NCBI GenBank assembly: GCA_963816145.1
Contig: CAWFJP010000011.1
Span: forward strand, 384,001 to 448,000
Source: an uncultured delta proteobacterium
GTDB taxonomy: Bacteria > Desulfobacterota > Binatia > UBA9968
Direction of reading: 5' to 3'
Length of the DNA: 64,000 bases
In this document: one piece after another, positions 12,301 to 27,605 of the stretch
How the letters are laid out: each line of letters opens with the position of its first letter
Position numbering within the stretch: the stretch's first letter is position 1
Translations under genes and position numbers: made by a program
The notes under the pieces: model-generated
The model's input: only the letters and a program-made list of their open reading frames with translations
The model's database searches: none
Told to the model about the DNA's origin: nothing

Positions 12301-13535
12301 CAGTCGGTGGGAGAACTAAGAGCGTTGGGTGCGGTCAGTCAAGCGGTCAGCTCGACGCTCGATCTCGAAACGGTGCTCTCGACGATCGCTTCCCACGCGG
12401 TCCAGCTTTCCGGCACCGATTGCGGCGTGATTTATGAGTACGATGAACGCGAGCAAGAATTTGACTTAAGGGCGAGCCATCGGATGGAGACGGAGGTCGT
12501 CGAGATCTTGCGCGCCGCGCCGATCCACCTGGGCGAGGGCGCCACCGGCCGGGCGGCGACCATGCGCGCGCCGGTGCAGGTGCCGGACTTTTCCAATGAG
12601 CGGGAATTTACCGGCGCGCGGGCACGGCCTCTTCTGATCCGGCTGGGTTACCGCTCACTGCTTTCGGTGCCGCTCATGCGCGAGCAACAGATCCTGGGCG
12701 CCTTGACGGTCTGGCGTCGCCAGGCTGGGGAATTTAAACCCGAAGTCATTAACCTGCTGCAAACCTTCGCCACGCAGTCAGCTCTGGCCATCCACAACGC
12801 GCGGCTGTTCCGCGAGATCCAGGAAAAAGGCCATCAACTGGAGTTGGCGAGCAAGTACAAGTCGCAGTTCCTGGCGAGCATGAGCCATGAGCTGCGCACG
12901 CCGATGAACGCCGTGTTGGGCTACACGCGCATGCTCTTGATGAACGTCTACGGCGAGCTGCCGGAGAAAGTCAGAGACGTGCATGGACGCATCGACAAAA
13001 GCGGCCGCCATCTGCTCGGCTTGATCAACGATGTGCTCGACTTCTCCAAGATCGAGGCCGGCCAGCTGGCGTTGACGATCAATCCTTACTCGATCAAAGA
13101 TGTCATCCAGGCCGTGGTCACAAGCACGCAATCGCTGGCAACCGAGAAGAATGCTCGAATTAAGAATCACCGCGCCGGCCGAGTTGCCGGCAGCGTCCGG
13201 CGATGAGCGGCGCATTTCCCAGGTGCTGTTGAACTTGGTCGGTAACGCGATCAAGTTTACCGACTCTGGCGAAGTGCGCATCGATGCGGCGGCAACGGAC
13301 GGCGCGTTGGAAGTTTCCGTCTCAGATACCGGACCGGGAATTTCGCCGGCGGATCAAGAACATATCTTCGAAGAATTCCGCCAAGCCGAAGGCTCCGTCG
13401 CGCAGCGAAAAGGCGGCACCGGCCTCGGCCTGGCGATTGCGAAAAAGATCGTCGAAATGCACGGCGGCAAGATTTGGGTCGAGAGCGAAGTCGGCAAAGG
13501 CTAGCACGTTTACGTTTACGCTACCGCTCAAATAA
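3391..13535 (+). CDS. Giant multi-GAF (18 GAF) sensor histidine kinase, about 3,380 aa, split by apparent indels
   Basis: ORFs 3391-8292, 8096-8452, 8568-10193, 10138-13206, 13100-13504 and 13284-13535 are consecutive pieces. 18 copies of a FA(D/A)QAVIAIENVRLF-type motif about every 500-545 bp, then H-box SHELRTPMN, N-box NLVGNAIKFT, DTGPGI, GGTGLGLAI and GKG-STFTF. No TM segment seen. Confidence 0.9.
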
Positions 13536-13537
13536 GA

Positions 13538-13716
13538 AAAATCCGAAGCACGAACACTGGAAAGCACGAAATCCGAATTTCGAAATCCGAAACAAATTCG
13601 AATGTTCAAAATTCAAAATCCCAAACGAATTTCGGTTCCGGTATTTTGGATTTTCTTCGTTTTCTGTTTTTTGGTTTCGTTTGTTTCGAATTTCGTGCTT
13701 CGGATTTCGGATTTTA
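13538..13716. repeat. Palindromic repeat, AAATCCGAA/TTCGGATTT family
   Basis: aaatccgaagcacgaa...aaatccgaatttcgaaatccgaaacaaattc ... ttgtttcgaatttcgtgcttcggatttcggattt. Confidence 0.85.
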
Positions 13717-13735
13717 AATAGAATCGAGAGTTGTT

Positions 13736-14104
13736 ATGGCTGGTAAGCGAATTTTGGCGATCGAAGATCACGAGGAAAACCGGCGGTTGTTGCGCGATCT
13801 GTTGACCAGCTTTGGCTATGAGTTGATCGAAGCGGTCACGGGCGAAGAAGGTGTTACGGCGGCGGAAACGGAGCGGCCGGACCTGATTCTTATGGACATC
13901 CAACTGCCCGGCATCGACGGCTACGAAACCACCCGGCGCATCAAGGCGAACCCCGCGCTGAGCCATATCCCCATCATCGCTGTGACCTCCTACGCGCTCA
14001 GCGGTGACGACGCCAAAGCCTTCGCCGCCGGCTGCGACGCCTATGTGACCAAACCGTTCGATCCGGCGGATCTTTTGGAAAAGATCAAGGGGTATCTGGG
14101 TTAG
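13736..14104 (+). CDS. Single-domain response regulator (DivK/CheY-like)
   Basis: ILAIED, LILMDIQLPGIDG, VTSYA and YVTKPF receiver motifs. Confidence 0.92.
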   Translation: MAGKRILAIEDHEENRRLLRDLLTSFGYELIEAVTGEEGVTAAETERPDLILMDIQLPGIDGYETTRRIKANPALSHIPIIAVTSYALSGDDAKAFAAGCDAYVTKPFDPADLLEKIKGYLG

Positions 14105-14117
14105 AGGGAAAAGATGT

Positions 14118-14216
14118 CTCTCGCAAAGGCGCAAAGACGCCAAGTTCGGAGAAAAGAGTAAATGAATTTTGATTCTGCGGTTTCCTAAACTTCGCGCCTT
14201 AGCGCCTTGGCGAGAG
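14118..14216. repeat. Palindromic repeat, CGCAAAGGCGCAAAG family
   Basis: ctctcgcaaaggcgcaaagacgccaag ... cttcgcgccttagcgccttggcgagag; half copies at ~412 and ~51993. Confidence 0.8.
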
Positions 14217-14251
14217 GTAATCCGAATCCGGCTTCTTAGTTGAGTCTGAAC

Positions 14252-15367
14252 ATGAGCGCTCCTGCGAAAATACTTGTCGTCGACGACACCGAGATGAACC
14301 GGGACATGCTGTCTACGCTGGTGGAGGCAGACGGCCACAAAGCTTCTGTTGCGGTAAATGGGCGGATCGGCTTGGAGATGCTCAAGGCGGAGCCGTTCGA
14401 TCTCGTCCTGCTCGACGTCATGATGCCGGAGATGAACGGTTATCAAGTCCTGGAACAGTTGAAGGCGGATGACAACCTACGCGCCATTCCGGTGATCGTG
14501 CTGTCCGCTCTCGACGAGATCGGCAGCGTCGTACGCTGCATCGAGCTCGGCGCCGAAGACTATTTGCCCAAACCCTTCGATCCTGTCCTGTTGCGTGCCC
14601 GCATCGGCGCCTGCTTGGAAAAAAAACGGCTGCGCGACCAGGAAGTTCAACTGCGCGGCGAATTGGCGGAGTGGAACAAGACCTTGGAGCAGCGGGTGCA
14701 AGATCAAGTCTCGCAACTTGAGCGTCTAAGCCGGCTCAAGCGCTTCTTTGCGCCGCAGCTGGCCGAACTGATCGTCAGCGGCGGCGCCGAAGATCCGCTG
14801 AAAACCCACCGGCGGGAAATCACCGTGGTCTATTTGGATCTCCGAGGCTTCACCGCGTTCGCTGAAACCGCCGAGCCCGAAGAGGTCATGGGGGTGCTGC
14901 GCGAATATCACGCCGCCATGGGACAACTGATCGCCGAGCACGAAGGCACCCTGGAGCACTTCGCCGGCGACGGCATGCTGATTTTTTTCAACGACCCGAC
15001 GCCGATCCCCAATCCCGCGGAGCAAGCCGTGCGCATGACCTTGGCGATGCGCGAGCGCGTTAAAGATTTGACGTTCAAGTGGCGCAAGCTCGGCCACGAG
15101 CTGGGTTTCGGCGTCGGCATCGCCCAGGGCTACGCCACCATCGGCGCCATCGGCTTCGAGGGCCGCTGGGAATATGGCGCCATCGGTAGCGTGCCCAACC
15201 TCGCCGCGCGGCTATGCGGCGAAGCGAAATCGGGCGAAATACTAGCGACCCAGCGCTTGGTCGGCGCGGTCGAAGATCTGGTCGAAGCCGAGAGCGTTGG
15301 CGAGTTAACTCTAAAAGGGTTTCACCGCCCAGTTGCGGCCTACAATATCCTGCGGCTCAAAGACTAG
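14252..15367 (+). CDS. Response regulator-class III adenylate/guanylate cyclase
   Basis: REC (VVDD, LLDVMMP, YLPKP), coiled coil, cyclase motifs YLDLRGFT, FAGDG, NLAARL, LKGF. Confidence 0.92.
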   Translation: MSAPAKILVVDDTEMNRDMLSTLVEADGHKASVAVNGRIGLEMLKAEPFDLVLLDVMMPEMNGYQVLEQLKADDNLRAIPVIVLSALDEIGSVVRCIELGAEDYLPKPFDPVLLRARIGACLEKKRLRDQEVQLRGELAEWNKTLEQRVQDQVSQLERLSRLKRFFAPQLAELIVSGGAEDPLKTHRREITVVYLDLRGFTAFAETAEPEEVMGVLREYHAAMGQLIAEHEGTLEHFAGDGMLIFFNDPTPIPNPAEQAVRMTLAMRERVKDLTFKWRKLGHELGFGVGIAQGYATIGAIGFEGRWEYGAIGSVPNLAARLCGEAKSGEILATQRLVGAVEDLVEAESVGELTLKGFHRPVAAYNILRLKD

Positions 15368-15473
15368 CGCGGGAGACCAGGACATTCGCCGCAGAATTCA
15401 AAATCTGCCGCACGAAAGCGGCCACCCCTGAGTTTTTTCGCTAAAGATATGTTATTATGGATAACATACTTCG

Positions 15474-18400
15474 ATGAGCGGAAAATCTATTCCTACCGAG
15501 TTGTCGCCGGTGCCCTCGCTGGCGGCTCGGCTGTTGTTCTTCCTCAATTTCAAGCGGCTCAAAGTCTGGCTTTGGTGGCTCGCCGTGATTTTGATCGTGG
15601 TCGCGGCGATATTCCTTGAGATCCAGACTTCACTCCTGCAATCTTGGTTTTTCACCAGCACCAACGAGCGGCTTTTTTACACCCTAAAAAACGGCCCGAG
15701 CCGGGAGATCATTTTCCCTCGTGCTGCGCCCTTCGACGAGCGGCGCGGCTATTCCAAGCTGCCCGCCTTTCAAAACCGCCTGGAATCCCAGGGCTATCGG
15801 GTGACCAAGCAAATGCGCCAGTCGGAAACCATGCTAACGCTCTTGGATCGCGGCATCTCGCCGCCCTATCTGGAACGGCCGGATGCCGGCTTGGAAATCA
15901 GCGGCGCCGACGGCGTGCAACTTTTTCGCTACGCCCAGGGCGAGTTTCTCTTCGGCAGGATCGACGACATCCCGCCGCTCCTGGTCAAGACCCTTTTATT
16001 CCTGGAGAACCGCGACCTAGACCGGCCGGTAACGTCTTGGCAAAATCCGGTGATAGAGTGGGACCGGACGCTCAAAGCGGGGCTTTATTATCTAGGGTCC
16101 ATATTCCAGCTGCCGGTACCGGTGCAAGGCGGCAGCACGCTGGCGGTTCAGCTGGAAAAATTTCGCCATTCGCCCCACGGCCGCACCGGCGATCCCTTGG
16201 AGAAACTGCGCCAGATCGTCGGCGCCAGTTTGAAAGCCTATCAGGCGGGCCCCAACACCCGTGCCTGGCGTGAGCGCATCGTCGTCGATTATTTGAATAC
16301 CGTGCCCCTGGCCGCCGCGCCATCCTATGGCGAGATTCACGGCCTGGGCGAAGGCCTTTACGCCTGGTTTGGCATTCGCTTGAGCGATGCGGTCAAGGAT
16401 TTGCGGTCCGCCAAAGCGACACCTGCCAAGGTGCGCGCCTTCAAACATGCCCTCGCCCTATTGATTTCAGTCCGCGCGCCGTCGGTGTTTCTGGTCGACG
16501 AGCGGTCATCGCTGGAAGAAAAGGTCAACCAGTTTACCCGCCTGATGGCCCGCGCCGGGGTGATCGACTGGGAGTTCGCCGCCCTTCTGCAAGAAACGCC
16601 GATCAAGTTTCTGCCCACTGCGCCGCTGCCGCCGCAGCCGTCGTCAAACAAGAACAAAGCCGCCAACGCCATCCGCGTCAGCATGATGGAGGCGCTTGGC
16701 GTGAACAATCTTTACGACCTCAATCGTTTGCATCTGCAAGTCGACAGCACCATCGATGTGCCACTGCAAAAGCGGGTATCGGATTTCTTCAATCGCTTGG
16801 CTCAGCGCGACGTCATCAAAGCCTATGGCCTCGACGGCGAGCGTTTGCTCGAGGCCGACGACCCATCGAAGATGATCTATTCATTCCTGCTCGTGGAGGC
16901 CACGCCCAACGGCAATTTGGTGCGCGTGCAGGCGGACAATTTGACGGCGTCCTTGGATTTCAACAAAAGTGTCAAGCTGGAGCTCGGCAGCACCGCCAAG
17001 CTGCGGACTCTGACGCATTATTTAGAATTGGTCACCGAGCTGCACAAAGAGCTCTCGGGCCTGGACCCCAAGCAGCTGCAAGAACGCGGCAACGCGGGCC
17101 GCGATCCCTTGACCAAATGGGCGGCGGAAACCCTGCGCGCAGACCCGGCCATGGCGCTGCAGCCGTTCCTCGACAAAGCCATGGAGCGGAAATATTCAGG
17201 CAGCCCCTATGAAGCTTTTTTCACTGGCGGCGGATTGCATCATTTTGAGAATTTCGACAAACAGGAAAATGAACGCATCTACGAAGTGCGCGATGCCCTG
17301 CGCAACTCCAACAATTTGTCGTTCATTCGTATCATGCGCGATCTGGCCAGCTACCATCGCGCCCGCCTCGATTACGACGCCAACGATGTGCTCGATAATC
17401 CCGACAACTCGACACGCCGGCAGATGCTTCAGGAGATCGCCGACGAAGAATCCCGCGTCGCGTTGCGCCGCGCCTATAGGATCTACGCCAAGCAAACGCC
17501 CGACGAGATCGTCAAACGGCTGATCGGCAGCAAACGTAATATCGAGCGCCGCCTGGCCATCCTGTTTTTCGCCTGGAGAATCGGCAGCGACGAGGAAGCA
17601 TTAACCGCCTGGCTGGAAAAGCATGAAGCCAAGAGCGCCGAGACCGATGTCGCGAAACTGTTTCGCGCCTACAATAATCCACGCTCTAACACTGGTCGAC
17701 TACGCCTATCTGCTCAACATGCACCCGCTCGAACTCTGGTGTGCCAGCGAGTATCGCAAGAACGGCGAGCTGTCTTGGGAAGAACTGTATAATAAAGGCG
17801 TTCAGGCGCGGCACCTGGGCTCGGCCTGGCTGCTCAACCCACGCAACCACCGCGCCCAAGAGAATCGACTGCGCATTCGCATTGAAAAAGACGCCTTCGC
17901 GCGCATGACGCCCTACTGGCAGCGGCTCGGCTTCCCATTTAAAACTTTGGTGCCGACCTATGCCACCGCCATCGGCAGTTCGTCGGACCGGCCGACGGCG
18001 CTAGCCGAGCTGGTGGGAATTCTCGTCAACGACGGCGTACGCCGGCCGGCGACGACATTAACCAAGATTCATTTCGCCGGCAAAACACCCTACGAGACGT
18101 CTGCTCGAACGGCACCAGGAAAAGGGCGAACCGGTGCTCGCCCCCGAGGTCGCCCGCACCATGCGCAAAGCCATGGCCGCGGTCGTCGAGCAGGGGACCG
18201 CGCGCAGACTCAACGGCGTGTTCAAACTCGCCGATGGCACGGTGCTCACCGTCGGCGGCAAGACCGGCTCCGGCGACAATCGTTTTGAGACTTTCAACCG
18301 CAGCGGCGGCGTGATCAGCTCGCGCGCCACCAACCGCACGGCGACCTTCGTCTTTTACATCGGCGAGCGTTACTACGGCGTCATCACCGCCTTCGTCCAA

Positions 18401-18598
18401 GGACAGGAGGCCGGCAAATATCATTTTACCAGCAGTCTTCCGGTCACCTTGCTCAAACTGCTGGCGCCCTCGATCACCGCCAAGCTCGACAACAAGAAAC
18501 TCGACGAAGTACCCCCGCCAGTGCGAGAAACCCCAGCCGAGGTCACCAACCAAACCAGCAGCATCCCGCGCAACAAACGCCAAACCGTCGCGAATTAA
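15474..18598 (+). CDS. Large class A penicillin-binding protein-like enzyme (GT51 transglycosylase plus transpeptidase); indels near 17685 and 18100
   Basis: N-terminal TM segment; LFLENR and QGGSTLAVQL transglycosylase motifs; GSTAK (SxxK), SNN, GKTGSG; three ORFs in successive +1 frames. Confidence 0.8.
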
Positions 18599-18664
18599 AC
18601 CGCATTCCAGTAATCTGTAATTTGGAATATGCAATGTGAGATTCGTGATTCCGCGTACGCGGAA

Positions 18665-19351
18665 TCACGTGCCGCGCCGATTGCCGAACAGCTGGATATG
18701 CAAGCGCGGTGTGTAACTATAGCCATACCGCTTGCATGACTCAACGATCCATCGAGCCTTGTCGGCCAGTTCCTCCTGCTTGATTCCCTGCGCCATCAAC
18801 ATGACCTTTGCAGGATCGACATGTTGCAACCGGTCAACGACGGCGCGGACTTCGTCAACATCCTTTTTCCGTTCGACGACAAACTTGAGCTGGTAGTCGT
18901 AACCGTCGATAAATTGTTGCATGACGGGGTGATTGAGCCGGCGCTTTTCATGCATGGCGGCAAACTCACCCTTGCTTTTTTTCCATGGCGTCGAGTTGGC
19001 GAGTTTGGGACTCAGCGAAATCAAATCGCCCGCCAGCGGTTTGTATATCGTCGCCGCGGTTTCGATGGTGATATGGGCGCCGCGTTGTCGGAGCTGCAAC
19101 GTCAGCTCTTCGATGTCCGGCGCCAGCAACGGTTCACCGCCGGTGATCACCACATGGCGGGTTGGATATTTGGCCACCTCAGCAAGGATATTTTTGACGC
19201 TCCAGCTTTTCCCCTCCGGCTTCCACGACGTGTAAGGCGTGTCGCACCAGCGGCAGCGCAAATTACAGCCGCTGGTGCGGACAAACACCGAGGGCACGCC
19301 GAGCAAGCGGCCTTCGCCCTGAATCGAGTAAAAAATCTCGCTGATGCGCAT
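18665..19351 (-). CDS. queE: 7-carboxy-7-deazaguanine synthase (radical SAM)
   Basis: EIFYSIQGEG, GCNLRCRWCDT, VITGGEP, SPK, PRLH motifs. Confidence 0.93.
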   Translation of the reverse strand: MRISEIFYSIQGEGRLLGVPSVFVRTSGCNLRCRWCDTPYTSWKPEGKSWSVKNILAEVAKYPTRHVVITGGEPLLAPDIEELTLQLRQRGAHITIETAATIYKPLAGDLISLSPKLANSTPWKKSKGEFAAMHEKRRLNHPVMQQFIDGYDYQLKFVVERKKDVDEVRAVVDRLQHVDPAKVMLMAQGIKQEELADKARWIVESCKRYGYSYTPRLHIQLFGNRRGT

Positions 19352-19636
19352 GAAGTCAAACTAACAGACGCGCAAACTCCATGAAAGCGGGAGAAATGAA
19401 TCTTGATTCGACCGAAGTCTGTGATAGACGTACCAGGTTGGCGCCCGATTAATTTAACTTCCCCCGTGCAGCCATGGCAATGAAGGGCAATGGCGGGGCT
19501 CGTGTGGCTGCTTTTTATAACGGGCTTTTCCGGGTTTACTGTGAAGGTGTTTTCTCCACGAAGTGCCCATGAGCTACGCTCGTCAACAGAGTATGCAATT
19601 GCAGGGAACCCCCTTCACATGATTGCTCCCCTGACT

Positions 19637-19706
19637 CGTCATGCCGGCGAAGGCCGGCATCCAAGGAGAGGACGGGGATGGATACCCGGCTTTCGCCGGT
19701 ATGACG
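19637..19706. repeat. REP-like palindrome (GTCATGCCGGCGAAGGCCGGCATCCA family)
   Basis: cgtcatgccggcgaaggccggcatcca ... tggatacccggctttcgccggtatgacg. Confidence 0.85.
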
Positions 19707-19762
19707 GAGGCCTCGCGCCAATTCGTTGTCCAGCTCGTACCTGCATACGTATTTTCGGAGGA

Positions 19763-19823
19763 GGACACGAAGAGCACGAAGTTGGGAGTCCTAATTTTCT
19801 CGAACCTTCGTGGGCTTCGTGGT
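19763..19823. repeat. Palindromic repeat, CACGAAG 9-mer family
   Basis: ggacacgaagagcacgaagttggg ... ccttcgtgggcttcgtggt, matching 1403-1484. Confidence 0.75.
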
Positions 19824-19925
19824 CCTCAAAACCAAGCGAACGTGACACATTAGCCAGACAAACCTTGAAGGATATTCTAGCGAGTACCGAGCGCAAATAA
19901 CCGGTTGCGATCAATGTCAATGTCC

Positions 19926-25598
<5,673 letters not shown>

Positions 25599-25599
25599 A

Positions 25600-25992
25600 G
25601 TGGCAGCGCGAATCTTCACCATGCTCGCTCACGGTCTGCGCTTGCGCTGCCCGCGTTGCGGCACCGGCCGGCTGTACGGCAAGCCATTCCGGATGCACGA
25701 CCGCTGCGCTCACTGCACGCTAAAATTCGAACGCGAACAGGGCTATTTCATCGGCGCCATCTATATCAACTACGCCGCCACCATCGCCATCGCGGTTCCC
25801 GGCTTCTTTCTCCTCGACGCCTTCACTCATATCACCATCAACCAACAACTCGCGCTCTGGATTCCTTTTGCCGTGGTCTTCCCGCTACTGTTCTTCCATC
25901 ACTCCAGAAGCTTGTGGTTGATGTTCGATCACTTCTTCAATCCGGAAAAGCAGCTCTTCAGCGTGCCGCCGAAGAAAAAAAACGAAGAGTGA
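25600..25992 (+). CDS. DUF983-like membrane protein with Zn-ribbon
   Basis: RCPRCGTGRL...RCAHC...FEREQGYFIGA followed by two hydrophobic helices. Confidence 0.8.
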   Translation: MAARIFTMLAHGLRLRCPRCGTGRLYGKPFRMHDRCAHCTLKFEREQGYFIGAIYINYAATIAIAVPGFFLLDAFTHITINQQLALWIPFAVVFPLLFFHHSRSLWLMFDHFFNPEKQLFSVPPKKKNEE

Positions 25993-25997
25993 TTATC

Positions 25998-26222
25998 TCA
26001 GCGGTCTCGAGGGTATTTTCCATTCGCGCACCACTGCAGCAACCCGGGCGACGCTTCCACCCGGTTCGGCGTGGACACGGAACAAAACAACCCGGTCGTA
26101 GGCCGAGATAACAACGCCAAATCGCCGAGGCAGTTTAGTGTTTTTGGAGCATCGCCGCCCAGGCATTCACGCAAGCGGACGGGATATTCAGCGTCGGTGG
26201 ATCTGAGAATCGATGTATTCAT
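25998..26222 (-). pseudogene. N-terminal fragment of a DprA/Smf-like protein
   Basis: YPVRLRECLGGDAPKTLNCLGDLALLSRPTTGLFCS resembles the DprA YP..L...AP..L...GD..LL...ALFCS start; similarity lost afterwards. Confidence 0.6.
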
Positions 26223-26264
26223 CCATGAGTGCTTAAGCGGGAATAGATGGCTCAAGAAAACTAA

Positions 26265-26498
26265 CTATGGGTTGGCGGCGAGATCACGCACATGAGCGAT
26301 TTCTTTTGGCTTGCTGGGACGAACCTGTTTCGCTGTAAGGGTTACGATGGCAATAGTTTCCCCGTCCAAGGTCGTGAACTCGACCTCGTAACCTTTGCCG
26401 CTTTCATGGACCAGCACAACGGTGCCGATATCGCCTCGTGCCAATCCCTGTTCCGGCAAATCGCATGTTAGAATCACGTCTTCGAGTTCCTGAATCAT
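26265..26498 (-). CDS. DUF4926 domain protein
   Basis: MIQELEDVILTCDLPEQGLARGDIGTVVLVH...GYEVEFTTLDGETIAIVTL; GGAGG RBS; overlaps the upstream stop (ATGA). Confidence 0.85.
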   Translation of the reverse strand: MIQELEDVILTCDLPEQGLARGDIGTVVLVHESGKGYEVEFTTLDGETIAIVTLTAKQVRPSKPKEIAHVRDLAANP

Positions 26499-26842
26499 AA
26501 ACGCCTCCTTCTCAAAGGATGAGCCGTGACGAATCTCGGTATGTCTCCACCCGTATTGATATACCAGGCAGCACGGACATTTAACCATCTTCCATCTGGA
26601 CCTTTCAACAGCCCGTCAATGATGTACCTCGCTCCAAATATCGTCTTTTCTTCCACTGCAACCTCATTGTCTGACGCGTGTTGCTTCAGAGCCAGAGCAA
26701 GCGCCTCCCACCGATCGAGGTCAAACCCAAACTGCATGAAGAACGAGGCTTTGCTTTTGCCGGCGCGGTGTGTGGTGGAAAGGAAATACCTGGTGATCTT
26801 GCTTTCGGGGATTTCCGCATTTTCGACGTTCGGCAGTCTCAT
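26495..26842 (-). CDS. DUF6883-like protein (putative toxin)
   Basis: LPNVENAEIPESKITRYFLSTTHRAGKSKASFF..FGF...W......PRFVTAHP pattern; coupled to DUF4926. Confidence 0.75.
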   Translation of the reverse strand: MRLPNVENAEIPESKITRYFLSTTHRAGKSKASFFMQFGFDLDRWEALALALKQHASDNEVAVEEKTIFGARYIIDGLLKGPDGRWLNVRAAWYINTGGDIPRFVTAHPLRRRRL

Positions 26843-26896
26843 TGTACCGTCTTACGGATTTTGCTCACGTGGATCAAACGGAATTCCAAGACCCTT

Positions 26897-26968
26897 CTAC
26901 GACCGATTGCCATACCGCGAAATCGACGACAGATTAGCGATCGCGGTAATGTGGTGCAGTTCTGTCAT
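26897..26968 (-). pseudogene. Very short DarT (DUF4433)-like N-terminal remnant
   Basis: MTELHHITAIANLSSISRYG then stop; resembles the DarT L(Y/H)HITHIxNLxSIL..G start. Confidence 0.45.
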
Positions 26969-26974
26969 GACGGT

Positions 26975-27121
26975 TCATTCGTCGTTAGCTTCCGCGTCTC
27001 GGCCCATCGGGTACTTGATGTCGTAGTTGATGCCTGCCCTGAGCACGGTCGAAGGGATGAAGTCCAACTCCTCACCCGTAAACCCGTAATCCGCCGCCAG
27101 CACTCGGTCTATTTCCTCGAT
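26975..27121 (-). pseudogene. C-terminal remnant of a type IIG/Eco57I-like RM methyltransferase, with an in-frame 24-bp insert
   Basis: IEEIDRVLAADYGFTGEELDFI[PSTVLRAG]INYDIKYPMGRD...stop. Confidence 0.6.
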
Positions 27122-27192
27122 GCCCGAGAGAGCCACACCGGAGACTGATCACCGCAGACCTGGCAGGCAAAAATGATTATGGCTTTAGCCAT
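27109..27192 (-). pseudogene. radA (sms) 5' fragment
   Basis: MAKAIIIFACQVCGDQSPVWLSR then stop; resembles the RadA MAK..T.F.CQ.CG..SPKW.G.C N-terminus. Confidence 0.55.
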
Positions 27193-27203
27193 GGGCGACC
27201 GTT

Positions 27204-27524
27204 TCAATTTCTTTTCAGAGGCACGACCTTGGAAGCTGCGCTCTCACCATGCCCGTGCGCATCAGCCCGGCGCAGCAGGCCCGGCGCAACGTTCCAGTGT
27301 TGACCGGACTCCGTGATGACCGTAACCGTTTTCCGATTGTATCGGGTTACGATCCCGAACAAAGCTGGGTGACCGTCCGGATGAAACGTCACCCGTTCGC
27401 CGATCTTGAAGTCGAGCATCTGTGAATGCGCCCGCATCTGATTCAAAAAGCGCAGGCGCTCGACGATTCTGTGGTTCAGGTCGACCAGTTCCGCTTCGCT
27501 GAGTTTGTCGATGTCGATTTGCAT
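27204..27524 (-). CDS. Hypothetical protein (N-terminal helix plus SH3/KOW-like beta domain)
   Basis: 106 aa ORF with FKIGERVTF...GIVTRYNRKTVTV...WNVAPGLL. Confidence 0.7.
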   Translation of the reverse strand: MQIDIDKLSEAELVDLNHRIVERLRFLNQMRAHSQMLDFKIGERVTFHPDGHPALFGIVTRYNRKTVTVITESGQHWNVAPGLLRRADAHGHGESAASKVVPLKRN

Positions 27525-27605
27525 GACAATTTCGCGCCTTTCTGGTCCATGGTCTATTACGGACCAGGGATCTTATTCAACTCTTATCGACGCTTAGAAA
27601 AAAAC

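Noticed and set aside
3391-13206. Regularly spaced DNA repeats as a CRISPR-like array
   Set aside because: Repeats are in-frame coding joints about 500 bp apart; no cas genes
18665-19351. queE as part of a 7-deazaguanine DNA modification (dpd) system
   Set aside because: No dpdA/tgt, queC, queD or folE nearby, and it lies outside the island
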